From an uncultured Bacteroidales bacterium (GTDB lineage Bacteria > Bacteroidota > Bacteroidia > Bacteroidales > UBA3824): a stretch of 56,698 nt of DNA. The DNA is taken from NCBI GenBank assembly GCA_946409405.1, contig CAMJWL010000002.1, positions 1 through 56,698 on the forward strand, given 5' to 3'. The translations under genes were made by a program, and so were the position numbers. The notes beneath the pieces were generated by a model, which did not search any database, was not told the DNA's origin, and worked only from the letters and a program-made list of their open reading frames with translations. Of this stretch, positions 46,391-53,797 are shown piece by piece; the first letter of the stretch is position 1; every line of letters starts with the position of its first letter.

Positions 46391-47665
46391 ATGACCCCTG
46401 AAGATTTGTACAAAAACAGTTTTGACGGCTACCGCCAAGACCCTCCGCCGGGAGTGTGGAAGGGAGTCAACAGGCGGCTCGCGACCAAGGACTTCTTTAC
46501 GCCCGGACTCGGGCACTTTAATATATTGTACGTTGCGGCAGTGGCAGCGGTGGCAATCGCGGTGCTGTGGCCATGGTCGCCAAACGTGCAGCCGCCCACA
46601 GGCAACTCAGGCGACCCCATCACCATAGCCGACTCGTCCACCGGCGGCAGCGGCGCAGGGCAGACGTCGGGCGCACAGCCCAGTTACAACGAAAACCAAG
46701 AGAGGGATTTCTCTGTGTCTTCGCCCAAAGGAAACGCCCCCCAGCACAATGACGCCTCACCTAAATCAAACTCTAACTCCGACACCTCCTACGGCGACAC
46801 CTCCCCCGACTCTGGCGTTACAGCCACTTCATCAGAACCCGAAATACAGCGCACCATGCAGAGCGCACAGCCGATGCCCGACTTCACAAGCGCGTTCCAC
46901 GCCTCCGAACACCAAGGCTGCGCACCCCTCACGGTATATCTGCACAATCTATCCCAAAACACCGAATACTCGCAATGGAACCTCGGCAACGGCGAGACTT
47001 CCTACGAACAAGACCTCCGTGTTACTTACGACAAGCCCGGCACTTACATAATAGCCCTGCGCTCGGTATGCGGCACTTACGCCAAGACGAGCTACGACAC
47101 AATCCGCGTATCGGCTCACCGTCAGGCAGAGATTGCCGTAGCCATATCGGGCATGACGATAACCGCCGAGGCGCGCAACACCGGCGAGGCGAGCATCGTA
47201 TGGGATTTTGGCGACTTCACCCAACAATCGGGTCGCCGCCGCACCCACACTTACCAGCAGCCCGGCGTATATGACATCATGCTGATAGTAACAGACGATG
47301 TTTGCTCCGACACTATTATCAAGAGCGTTACCATCAAGGAACCCGAATATTCGCTTGCCTTCCCCAACGCCATCGTAGCCTCCCGTTCTGGCGCGACGTC
47401 GGGCAATTACAAGACCGCCTCGCCCGAAAACAAGGCTCTCTTTGGTCCCAAGGGCGACATCGACGATATTTCCGAATACAGCCTCACCATCTACACCCGC
47501 GCCGGCAAACAGGTGTTCCACTCCACCAACCCCACGGAAACATGGAACGGATATTACCTCAACGAACTCCTGCCTCGCGGCGTATATGTCTATAAGTGCA
47601 AGTGCAAATTTGTAAACGGCGAAGAAAGCAATGTAAATGGAAATATTACGTTGCTGTGGGAATAA
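46391..47665 (+). CDS. Anti-sigma-like single-pass membrane protein with 2 PKD domains and a T9SS type-B C-terminal domain
   Basis: 424 aa, starting 5 nt after the sigma stop. A ~45-aa cytoplasmic N-terminus (..DPPPGVWKGVNRRL..) then a TM helix ILYVAAVAAVAIAVLW. A Ser/Pro-rich linker. PKD blocks (CAPLTVYLHN..WNLGNGETS..YDKPGTYIIAL; IVWDFGDFT..HTYQQPGVYDIMLIV). C-terminal AFPNAIV...YSLTIYTRAGKQVFHS..WNGYY..GVYVYKC..GNITLLW is CHU_C/type-B-like. Confidence 0.7.
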   Translation: MTPEDLYKNSFDGYRQDPPPGVWKGVNRRLATKDFFTPGLGHFNILYVAAVAAVAIAVLWPWSPNVQPPTGNSGDPITIADSSTGGSGAGQTSGAQPSYNENQERDFSVSSPKGNAPQHNDASPKSNSNSDTSYGDTSPDSGVTATSSEPEIQRTMQSAQPMPDFTSAFHASEHQGCAPLTVYLHNLSQNTEYSQWNLGNGETSYEQDLRVTYDKPGTYIIALRSVCGTYAKTSYDTIRVSAHRQAEIAVAISGMTITAEARNTGEASIVWDFGDFTQQSGRRRTHTYQQPGVYDIMLIVTDDVCSDTIIKSVTIKEPEYSLAFPNAIVASRSGATSGNYKTASPENKALFGPKGDIDDISEYSLTIYTRAGKQVFHSTNPTETWNGYYLNELLPRGVYVYKCKCKFVNGEESNVNGNITLLWE

Positions 47666-47686
47666 TATTGTAATGCCAATTATATG

Positions 47687-47726
47687 AACAACCCCGTACA
47701 TCATTGGTTTTGATGTACGGGGTTGT
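47687..47726. terminator. Bidirectional terminator / REP-like hairpin shared by convergent genes
   Basis: AACAACCCCGTACATCA-ttggtt-TTGATGTACGGGGTTGTT. Lies 21 nt after the stop of 46391-47665 and 54 nt after the stop of the minus-strand giant gene. Confidence 0.7.
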
Positions 47727-47733
47727 TGTTTAA

Positions 47734-47761
47734 TGTAGAGACGTTGCGCGCAACGTCTCTA
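47734..47761. repeat. Perfect 28-nt palindrome GTAGAGACGTTGCGCGCAACGTCTCTAC
   Basis: Self-complementary over all 28 nt. Lies 19 nt 3' of the stop of giant gene 2. Its counterpart is at 26836-26880. Confidence 0.95.
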
Positions 47762-47780
47762 CGGCGGTGAAACATTGTTG

Positions 47781-50700
47781 TTAATATCTGATTTTGAACG
47801 ATTTGCCGCCAATATTTACAATCACGATGCCATCAGCCTTGCAGCTGAGGTGGATTTCGTCGCGGTCGGTAGCGGTGATACCGGTTTGCAATGGACGACC
47901 GTTAATATCTACTATCGTGTAAGGCGCATTGGGCGCGGCGGCGATGTAGATGGTCTTGTCATACGACCATACTTTTACATTGGCGGTGGGCTGGATTTCA
48001 GAGGTCGGGGTCGTGATGTCGCCGTCCTCGTTTTCTGACGGATTTACGGTCGGGTCGTCGATGACGGAGGCGGTCTCCTTGTCGATGAATACTACCTTGA
48101 TGCGGTCGGGAAGTACAAGGGCAGATTTTGAGAGGTTATCATCAGAGCCGGTGTATTGGAGGTAGGCGCGGGTGGGCTTGATGCTGATGTTGTAGCGGGC
48201 GCGGACAAATTCTCCAGCGGCGTAGGATTCCTTGTCTTTGTTTGTGCCGCCTTTGGCGGCGAAGCCATAGACGTTCTTAGTTACGATTTCGCCGTTGGTG
48301 TTCCATACCTTCTTTTCGTATGTGCCTTGGAATGTCCAATCTGTTTTCTCGACTTTACCTGCTTCGGTTTTTTCGATTGTTACGCCAGCAAATACCACCG
48401 ATATCATATTTTTGTCGGCGATGTAGATGTAAGGGGTGTTGGCGGAGAGGGTAGATGTCGTTTCGGTCATTGTAGCCTCCCACGTTTCGGTATTGATGCC
48501 AGTGAATGTGTAGAATTTGCCGCCATCAAATGCCGATGCATCGAAGTCGAAGGGCAGCATTATCGTGGTGGGGATGCCGTCGGTGATGTTGCGGCGATAC
48601 AAGACATTCGCACCTGTCTGGCTTTCTGTGATGGCAACAGGGGATTCGCTGTCGCCGTCGATGAGAAGGTCGAGATGTACTGCGCCGTTGTTTTCGGTGA
48701 TGTCGCCGTTCCCGCCACCGACATTGGTTGCATTTTCCGTTCCGCCTACTTTGCAGTTGTAATAGAAATTGTTAGCAAGTTTGTTATTATTGTAACCAAA
48801 TATTGCGCCATTCGTAGATGAGTTGATTTCAGCGTTGACAACTAAGTTGTTGCTAAGAGAACCATAGTTTTGACCCGCAATGCCACCACAAGTTATTATT
48901 CCATTGATATATACGTTATCTGCGACAATACAATTGCGAATTGTACCACTATTACGTCCCAAATATCCAACTATTCCACCAACAGCGTCAGCACCAGTAA
49001 TTTTAGTGTCTGTGAGTATTATATTCTCAACTATTGCCGCTTCAATACATCCAAAAAGACCTTGGTAATTATCGTTTGGCTTATATATACGTATGCCGCT
49101 GATTGTTTTGCCGTCGCCGTCGAAGTTGCCATCGAATGTTCCTATTGCGTCGAATGTTCCTATTGCGTCGAATGTTCCTATTGCGGTGAAGTTGCTTCCG
49201 TTTTCTTCAAGGCCAGCGTATGAGTAAGTGATGTCTGCACCGAGTTTGAAGTATTTGCCTTCGTAAGCATTGCCGTTGTTCACATTGGTAGCCAATAGGT
49301 CGAGGCCCGCCGGAGTGGTGATTATGTATGGGTGGTCTGCCGAGCCGTCTGCTTTGTTTGTGACACCCCAAAGGTCGGTGATGTCGCGGGAGATGGTAAC
49401 ATTTTCGCTTGGTACGGTGAAAGTGTAGTCGCCGTCGGCGTTTTGGGCGAGAGAATTGCCTTCTGCGTATGTGTAGCCATTGAATATGATGCCGTCGGAC
49501 GTAGCGATTGGGTCTGTGATTTTGAAGGTTACGGTTGCGCCTTTTGCGGCGTAAATCTGATTGCCGTATGTGATGGCGTTGTTGCTTGTTATTTCGAAGG
49601 AGATACCTTCGTCTGCTGTGATTTGTACGGCTTGTACTGCGCCGTTGTTGGTGGTGATGTCGCCGTTCCCGCCACCGACATTGGTTGCATTATTCACGCC
49701 TTTGACGGTGGTGTTGTAGTAAAAGTTGTTTATTGGGGTAGCATATAAGTTTCTTCCTACTATTGCGCCATTCATAGATGAGTTGATTTCCGCGTTGACA
49801 ACAAGGTTGTTGCTAAGGGAACCATAGTTGTTTATACCCACAATACCACCGCCGTCATAATGTGCATTGATATATACGTTATCTGCGACAATACAATTGC
49901 GAATTGTACCACTATTACGTTTCAAATATCCAACTATTCCACCAACAGCGTCAGGACCAGTAATTTTAGTGTCTGTGAGTATTATATTCTCAACTATTGC
50001 CTCACTAATACATCCAAAAAGACCATGGTAATTAGTGTATTTTTCATATATGCGGATGCCGCTGATGGTTTTGCCGTCGCCGTCGAATGTGCCGTTGAAT
50101 GGATGGTCTTCTGTTCCTATTGCAGTGAAATTGCTTTCGTTTTCGTCAAGGCCATCGTATGAGTAAATGATGTCTGCACCGAGTTTGAAGTATTTGCTAG
50201 CATAATCATTGCCGTTGTTCACATTGGTAGCCAAGAGGTCGAGACCTGCCGGAGTGGTGATTATGTATGGGTGGTCTGCCGAGCCGTCTGCTTTGTTTGT
50301 GACACCCCAAAGGTCGGTGATGTCGCGGGAGATGGTAACATTTTCGCTTGGTACGGTGAAAGTGTAGTTGCCGTCGGCGTTTTGGGCGAGAGATTTGCCT
50401 TCTGCGTATGTGTAGCCATTGAATATGACGCCATCGGGCGTCGTAATCGCGTCGGTGATTGCAAGTGTTACGGTTGTACCTACACCGACGTAAATCTGAT
50501 TTTCGTATGTGAGGGAGTTGTTGCTTGTTATGTTGAAGGTGATTCCTTCGTCTGCTGTGATTTGTACGGCTTGAAGTGCGCCGTTGTTGTCGGTGATGTC
50601 GGCACCGTTCCAGCCGACGTTGGAGGTTGCGCCATTGACGGTGGTGTTGTAGTAGAAGTTGTTTTGGAGTGTTTTCCAGTTCTTACCTGCAATTGCCCCG

Positions 50701-52694
50701 TAGTAGTGGGATGAAGTAGAAATAACGGCATCGATGGCAAGGTTGTTAGTGAGGGTGCCATCATTATAGCCGACAATGCCGCCGTAGCCGGAACAATCTT
50801 TTCCTGATGCAGAAACCGTCGCGCTGCTTGTGCAGTTTGAAATTGAGCCATAATTCCTGCCGACAATGCCGCCGTAGTACCACCACTCATTTCCTGATGA
50901 AGAAACCGTCGCGCTGCTTGTGCAGTTTGAAATTGAGCCATTATTCCTGCCGGCAATGCCGCCGACCATATCAGTAGAACATGTTATTTCGGCATCTTCA
51001 AGGGTTACATTTTGTATCGTGGCATCGCCTTCAACATATCCGAAAAGGCCTTGATAATCCGAACTTGCATTTATCCTAATGCCGCTGATGGTGTAGCCGT
51101 TGTTGTTGCCGCCGTCGAATGTGCCGCTGAATGGATGGTTGCTGCTTGTGCCAATTGCGGTGAAGTTGTTGCCTGTGGTGTTGCCGTAAGTGATGTTGTT
51201 TTCCACACGGAAGTGATAGTTAGTGTATTGGTTTCCTGCATTTACCCGCTGTGCCAAGCGGTCAAGGTCTGTGGTGGTTTTGATGAGGTACGGGCTGCTG
51301 CTTGTGCCGTCGCCTTCCCAATCTATTAGAATGAAATTTTGGGTGGCGGTGGTGTATGCCTCGCAGTTGTCATCGGCGGCAATTGTGGCTTTTACATACC
51401 AAGTGCCTGGTGCGTTGGGCTTTGCAGTGGAGAACCCGCTGTTCGATGATTTGGAGTATTGGTATGTGATAGTGCCGGTGCTGAGGTTGTCGTTGACGGT
51501 TGGGTTTACGTTTTCTCTGCCGTCGATAGTGTTGGCTATGGAAACTGTGGCGTTGTTGTTAGCCGCTTTTTTGATTGTTGCCGTGGCTGTGCCTGAAACG
51601 CCATTGTAATTGGATGTTCCTTCTACTTTGTAGTAGATTGTGTAGGTCTTGGCGTCCTTGCCTTGGGGTACGGTTGCGGAATAGTTGGTGCCGTCGAGGC
51701 TGTATTGTATTGTTCCGAAAGTGGCTGAATATGCATTGATTAGGTTTTGTGCCGAGCCGTTGTAGGTGAGGTTGTGTGCGGCGGTGGTGGTCACTTTGTT
51801 GTTGTTGGCTTTCGCGATACTTACGGTCTGTGATTTGGTTTCGGACTGGTCGCCATAATTATTCGACGCAGCATAGTATTTGACAGTGTAGGTGCCGGCA
51901 TCGGTGGCTGTTGGGATTGTGGAAGAAAAACTGCCATCGTTTACGCTGTACATCATCGTGCCGGTGTTGGTGTTGTTAATGGAGAGCAGTGTTTGTGCCG
52001 AGCCGTTGAATGTCAATCCTGATGCCATCACGGGGTCGTTGGAGGGGCGGTTGGATTTGGTGGCGGTGGTCAGTTGCATATAGATGTGAGGGCCATCAGC
52101 ACCTTGGTTGAAATCGGCGGAATTGTTTTGGTTGCCGTAGAATACGTAGTTGGTGTTGTTGGGGTCTTTTGTGCCTGTCGAAATGAACTTAATGCCAGAC
52201 ACTGCACGCTTGTCGGAGAAATTCTCCTTGGTGTAGTATAGATAAATATACGCACCACCTGAACCTTTGTTGACGTCGCCATGATCGTTACAGAAGTCTG
52301 TGCCACCACCTACTGGACACAAAGTGTACGTTGTTCCGCTGACAGTTACGTCTGAGAGATTTGTTTGCTTGCTACTATACGTCATCAACTTGAAGTCTGT
52401 GATGTAGCCGCCGTTGGTGTTTGCACGGCTGGCTTTTTTGTAGCCAAGGTAGATGTAAGCCCCACCGCTACTTTCATTCAAGTCCTGATTACAGAACGTG
52501 TATCCTTTTTCCTCGTAGGTCTTTTTTGCGGTGTTGGTTTCGTCTTTTGAGCCGCCTACCACAATTACCTCTGTGATGTACTCGGGGTACGAGTCTTGCG
52601 CACGTGCGGTCTGGAACGCCGCCGCGAGCATTGCGACAAGCAGCGTGAGTGCCAATTGCCGCAGGAATGTTGCTGTGTTGAATTTGTTTTTCAT
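47781..52694 (-). CDS. Giant secreted surface protein (1,637 aa): triple 'DxN.G.GG..IYL' N-terminal module, two Ig/MBG-like domains, GLUG-motif beta-helix repeats, a conserved C-terminal module and a T9SS-CTD-like tail
   Basis: Signal peptide ..AAAFQTARAQ. GLUG-type repeats: VGGIAGRNNGSISNCTSSATVS..YGGIVGRNYGSISNC..YGGIVGYNDGTLTNN. Duplicated ~320-aa unit: DHPYIITTPAGLDLLATNVNNGN.Y..KYFKLGADI..FTAIGT..FDGDGKTISGIRIY..LFGCI..AIVENIILTDTKITG.DAVGGIVGYL. The last ~230 aa are homologous to the C-terminus of the 20229-26818 gene (..SKSALVLPDRI..TPTSEIQP..KTIYIAAAPN.PYTIVD.NGRPL.TGITATDRDE..GKSFKIRY). Confidence 0.85.
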   Translation of the reverse strand: MKNKFNTATFLRQLALTLLVAMLAAAFQTARAQDSYPEYITEVIVVGGSKDETNTAKKTYEEKGYTFCNQDLNESSGGAYIYLGYKKASRANTNGGYITDFKLMTYSSKQTNLSDVTVSGTTYTLCPVGGGTDFCNDHGDVNKGSGGAYIYLYYTKENFSDKRAVSGIKFISTGTKDPNNTNYVFYGNQNNSADFNQGADGPHIYMQLTTATKSNRPSNDPVMASGLTFNGSAQTLLSINNTNTGTMMYSVNDGSFSSTIPTATDAGTYTVKYYAASNNYGDQSETKSQTVSIAKANNNKVTTTAAHNLTYNGSAQNLINAYSATFGTIQYSLDGTNYSATVPQGKDAKTYTIYYKVEGTSNYNGVSGTATATIKKAANNNATVSIANTIDGRENVNPTVNDNLSTGTITYQYSKSSNSGFSTAKPNAPGTWYVKATIAADDNCEAYTTATQNFILIDWEGDGTSSSPYLIKTTTDLDRLAQRVNAGNQYTNYHFRVENNITYGNTTGNNFTAIGTSSNHPFSGTFDGGNNNGYTISGIRINASSDYQGLFGYVEGDATIQNVTLEDAEITCSTDMVGGIAGRNNGSISNCTSSATVSSSGNEWWYYGGIVGRNYGSISNCTSSATVSASGKDCSGYGGIVGYNDGTLTNNLAIDAVISTSSHYYGAIAGKNWKTLQNNFYYNTTVNGATSNVGWNGADITDNNGALQAVQITADEGITFNITSNNSLTYENQIYVGVGTTVTLAITDAITTPDGVIFNGYTYAEGKSLAQNADGNYTFTVPSENVTISRDITDLWGVTNKADGSADHPYIITTPAGLDLLATNVNNGNDYASKYFKLGADIIYSYDGLDENESNFTAIGTEDHPFNGTFDGDGKTISGIRIYEKYTNYHGLFGCISEAIVENIILTDTKITGPDAVGGIVGYLKRNSGTIRNCIVADNVYINAHYDGGGIVGINNYGSLSNNLVVNAEINSSMNGAIVGRNLYATPINNFYYNTTVKGVNNATNVGGGNGDITTNNGAVQAVQITADEGISFEITSNNAITYGNQIYAAKGATVTFKITDPIATSDGIIFNGYTYAEGNSLAQNADGDYTFTVPSENVTISRDITDLWGVTNKADGSADHPYIITTPAGLDLLATNVNNGNAYEGKYFKLGADITYSYAGLEENGSNFTAIGTFDAIGTFDAIGTFDGNFDGDGKTISGIRIYKPNDNYQGLFGCIEAAIVENIILTDTKITGADAVGGIVGYLGRNSGTIRNCIVADNVYINGIITCGGIAGQNYGSLSNNLVVNAEINSSTNGAIFGYNNNKLANNFYYNCKVGGTENATNVGGGNGDITENNGAVHLDLLIDGDSESPVAITESQTGANVLYRRNITDGIPTTIMLPFDFDASAFDGGKFYTFTGINTETWEATMTETTSTLSANTPYIYIADKNMISVVFAGVTIEKTEAGKVEKTDWTFQGTYEKKVWNTNGEIVTKNVYGFAAKGGTNKDKESYAAGEFVRARYNISIKPTRAYLQYTGSDDNLSKSALVLPDRIKVVFIDKETASVIDDPTVNPSENEDGDITTPTSEIQPTANVKVWSYDKTIYIAAAPNAPYTIVDINGRPLQTGITATDRDEIHLSCKADGIVIVNIGGKSFKIRY
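48678..50620 (-). repeat. Two tandem ~950-963-nt coding repeats (GLUG/beta-helix unit)
   Basis: The word gatatatacgttatctgcgacaatacaattgcgaattgtaccactattacg occurs at 48906 and 49869 (963 nt apart). tactgcgccgttgtt-type junctions occur at 48678, 49635 and ~50585. Confidence 0.85.
49132..49185 (-). repeat. Perfect 18-nt x3 in-frame tandem repeat (encodes AIGTFD x3)
   Basis: tcgaatgttcctattgcg occurs at 49132-49149, 49150-49167 and 49168-49185. The protein reads FTAIGTFDAIGTFDAIGTFDGNFDGDGK. The paralogous unit has a single FTAIGTEDHPFNGTFDGDGK. Confidence 0.95.
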
Positions 52695-52738
52695 ATTATC
52701 TGTGTTTTTTTGATTGTTTTGATTTCGTGTTTAGACAC

Positions 52739-52784
52739 AAAAAATCCCTTGCGGAAGGAATTTGGGACATTCCTTCTGCAAGGG
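52739..52784 (-). terminator. Terminator-like hairpin plus U-tract, 45-90 nt upstream of the giant gene 2 start codon
   Basis: Plus-strand CCCTTGCGGAAGGAAT-ttgggac-ATTCCTTCTGCAAGGG (52746-52784; 16-bp stem, 1 mismatch). On the minus strand it is followed by TTTTTTGTGTC. It either terminates the thioesterase transcript or acts as an attenuator in the giant-gene leader. Confidence 0.6.
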
Positions 52785-52890
52785 ATAAGTAGTTGATTTA
52801 CAGAGAGTTGTAGTTTTACCCCCCCCGTAAAGTGTAGTTTACTTTATGTAAAGTATAAATAAACATCGTGGTTGGCTTTTGTTTGTGGTA

Positions 52891-52898
52891 CAAAATTA
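52891..52898 (-). promoter_or_regulatory. Candidate -7 box (TAATTTTG on minus strand) upstream of giant gene 2
   Basis: Plus-strand CAAAATTA, 197 nt upstream of ATG 52694 and 29 nt downstream of the thioesterase stop. It is the only TAnnTTTG match I found in this intergenic region. Confidence 0.35.
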
Positions 52899-52926
52899 AA
52901 AAAAATTTAATAAAAGTACAATTTTT

Positions 52927-53658
52927 TTAAAAAAAATTTAGTGACATCTCCGCCCTAAACACCACGCTTCCATCACGCAGCATCTCCACTTGATGCATAT
53001 CGCCATCGCTGCGCCTTACAACGTCCACGGTCTCGCCAAAGAGTACTTCCGAAATGAAATTGACGTCGATTTCCTTGATGGCGAATTCTGATAGATAATT
53101 GAAGTCAAACGTATCAAGTGCCATCTGCAAATAGCGCATACTATAAAGGTGTCGATTGATGTCGATGTCGGAATACAGGATGCAGCGTTGATATTGCGCA
53201 GAAATGTCCATCTTGCTCTGCCTCAGATGCTTAAACTTGGGCAACGCGCCCTCCGTGATGCATACCTCCTCCAACTGCGGCACAAAATCGTTGATGAACA
53301 CCGGGCGGCGGTTTTCCATGTTGATAATGAGCCACTCGCTGCTTGCCTCGGCAATCTTGCCCTCGTCGTCAAAAGCCACAAAATCCCTCTGCGTAGAAAT
53401 CCGCGAATAGCCCGCCACGTGCGTCTCTATCTTAAAACGGCTGTCAATCTTGGGCATACGGCAAATCTTAAACTTCATCCCGGCAATCACCCAAGTAAGC
53501 CCTGAATGTTGGAGATTGTCGATGCCCCAATCAATTTGGTCGGCGTGGAGACCGGCGATGTCGAGCATACAATCGCCAAGAGCCGGCACCGACATCCGCC
53601 CCGAAGCATCCGCCTCATTGTGCCTGACGCGGTATTCATGTGTAAAAATCTTAATCAT
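52927..53658 (-). CDS. Acyl-[acyl-carrier-protein] thioesterase
   Basis: 243 aa. Double hot-dog layout. YRVRHNEADASGRMSVPALGDCMLDIAGLHA.. and ..QRCILYSDIDINRHLYSMRYLQMALD fit the FatA/B-type acyl-ACP thioesterase family. Confidence 0.8.
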   Translation of the reverse strand: MIKIFTHEYRVRHNEADASGRMSVPALGDCMLDIAGLHADQIDWGIDNLQHSGLTWVIAGMKFKICRMPKIDSRFKIETHVAGYSRISTQRDFVAFDDEGKIAEASSEWLIINMENRRPVFINDFVPQLEEVCITEGALPKFKHLRQSKMDISAQYQRCILYSDIDINRHLYSMRYLQMALDTFDFNYLSEFAIKEIDVNFISEVLFGETVDVVRRSDGDMHQVEMLRDGSVVFRAEMSLNFF

Positions 53659-53665
53659 AACACTT

Positions 53666-53792
53666 TAACGGTAATTTTGCCGCCTACGGCGACGATTTTT
53701 TTTTAACGTCAATTACCGTCAATTTTTTCGTCAATTACCGTCAATTTTCCTAAAAGAATTTTCGATAATTGACGTTTTAATTGACGGTAATT
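53666..53792. promoter_or_regulatory. Array of CGTCAAT / ATTGACG motifs: two perfect 20-nt direct repeats plus inverted copies
   Basis: CGTCAATTACCGTCAATTTT occurs at 53707-53726 and 53729-53748 (22-nt period). Inverted AATTGACG is at 53767-53774 and AATTGACGGTAATT at 53779-53792. ACGGTAATT is at 53668-53676. The array lies between the manA stop (53798) and the thioesterase start (53658). Confidence 0.6.
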
Positions 53793-53797
53793 TTTGT

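Larger units (their letters stand above)
47687..48135 (-). repeat. Right arm of the long inverted repeat: 3' coding end of giant gene 2 plus its 3' flank
   Basis: Reverse complement aligns with 26483-26936; see the left-arm entry. Confidence 0.85.

Noticed and set aside
26483-48135. IR-flanked 21-kb segment as a composite transposon or genomic island
   Set aside because: Its content is core and essential (bamA, uppS, murI, lptF/G, dprA). No transposase or integrase is inside it. The arms are the 3' ends of functional-looking genes, not IS elements. It was kept only as a possible inversion substrate.
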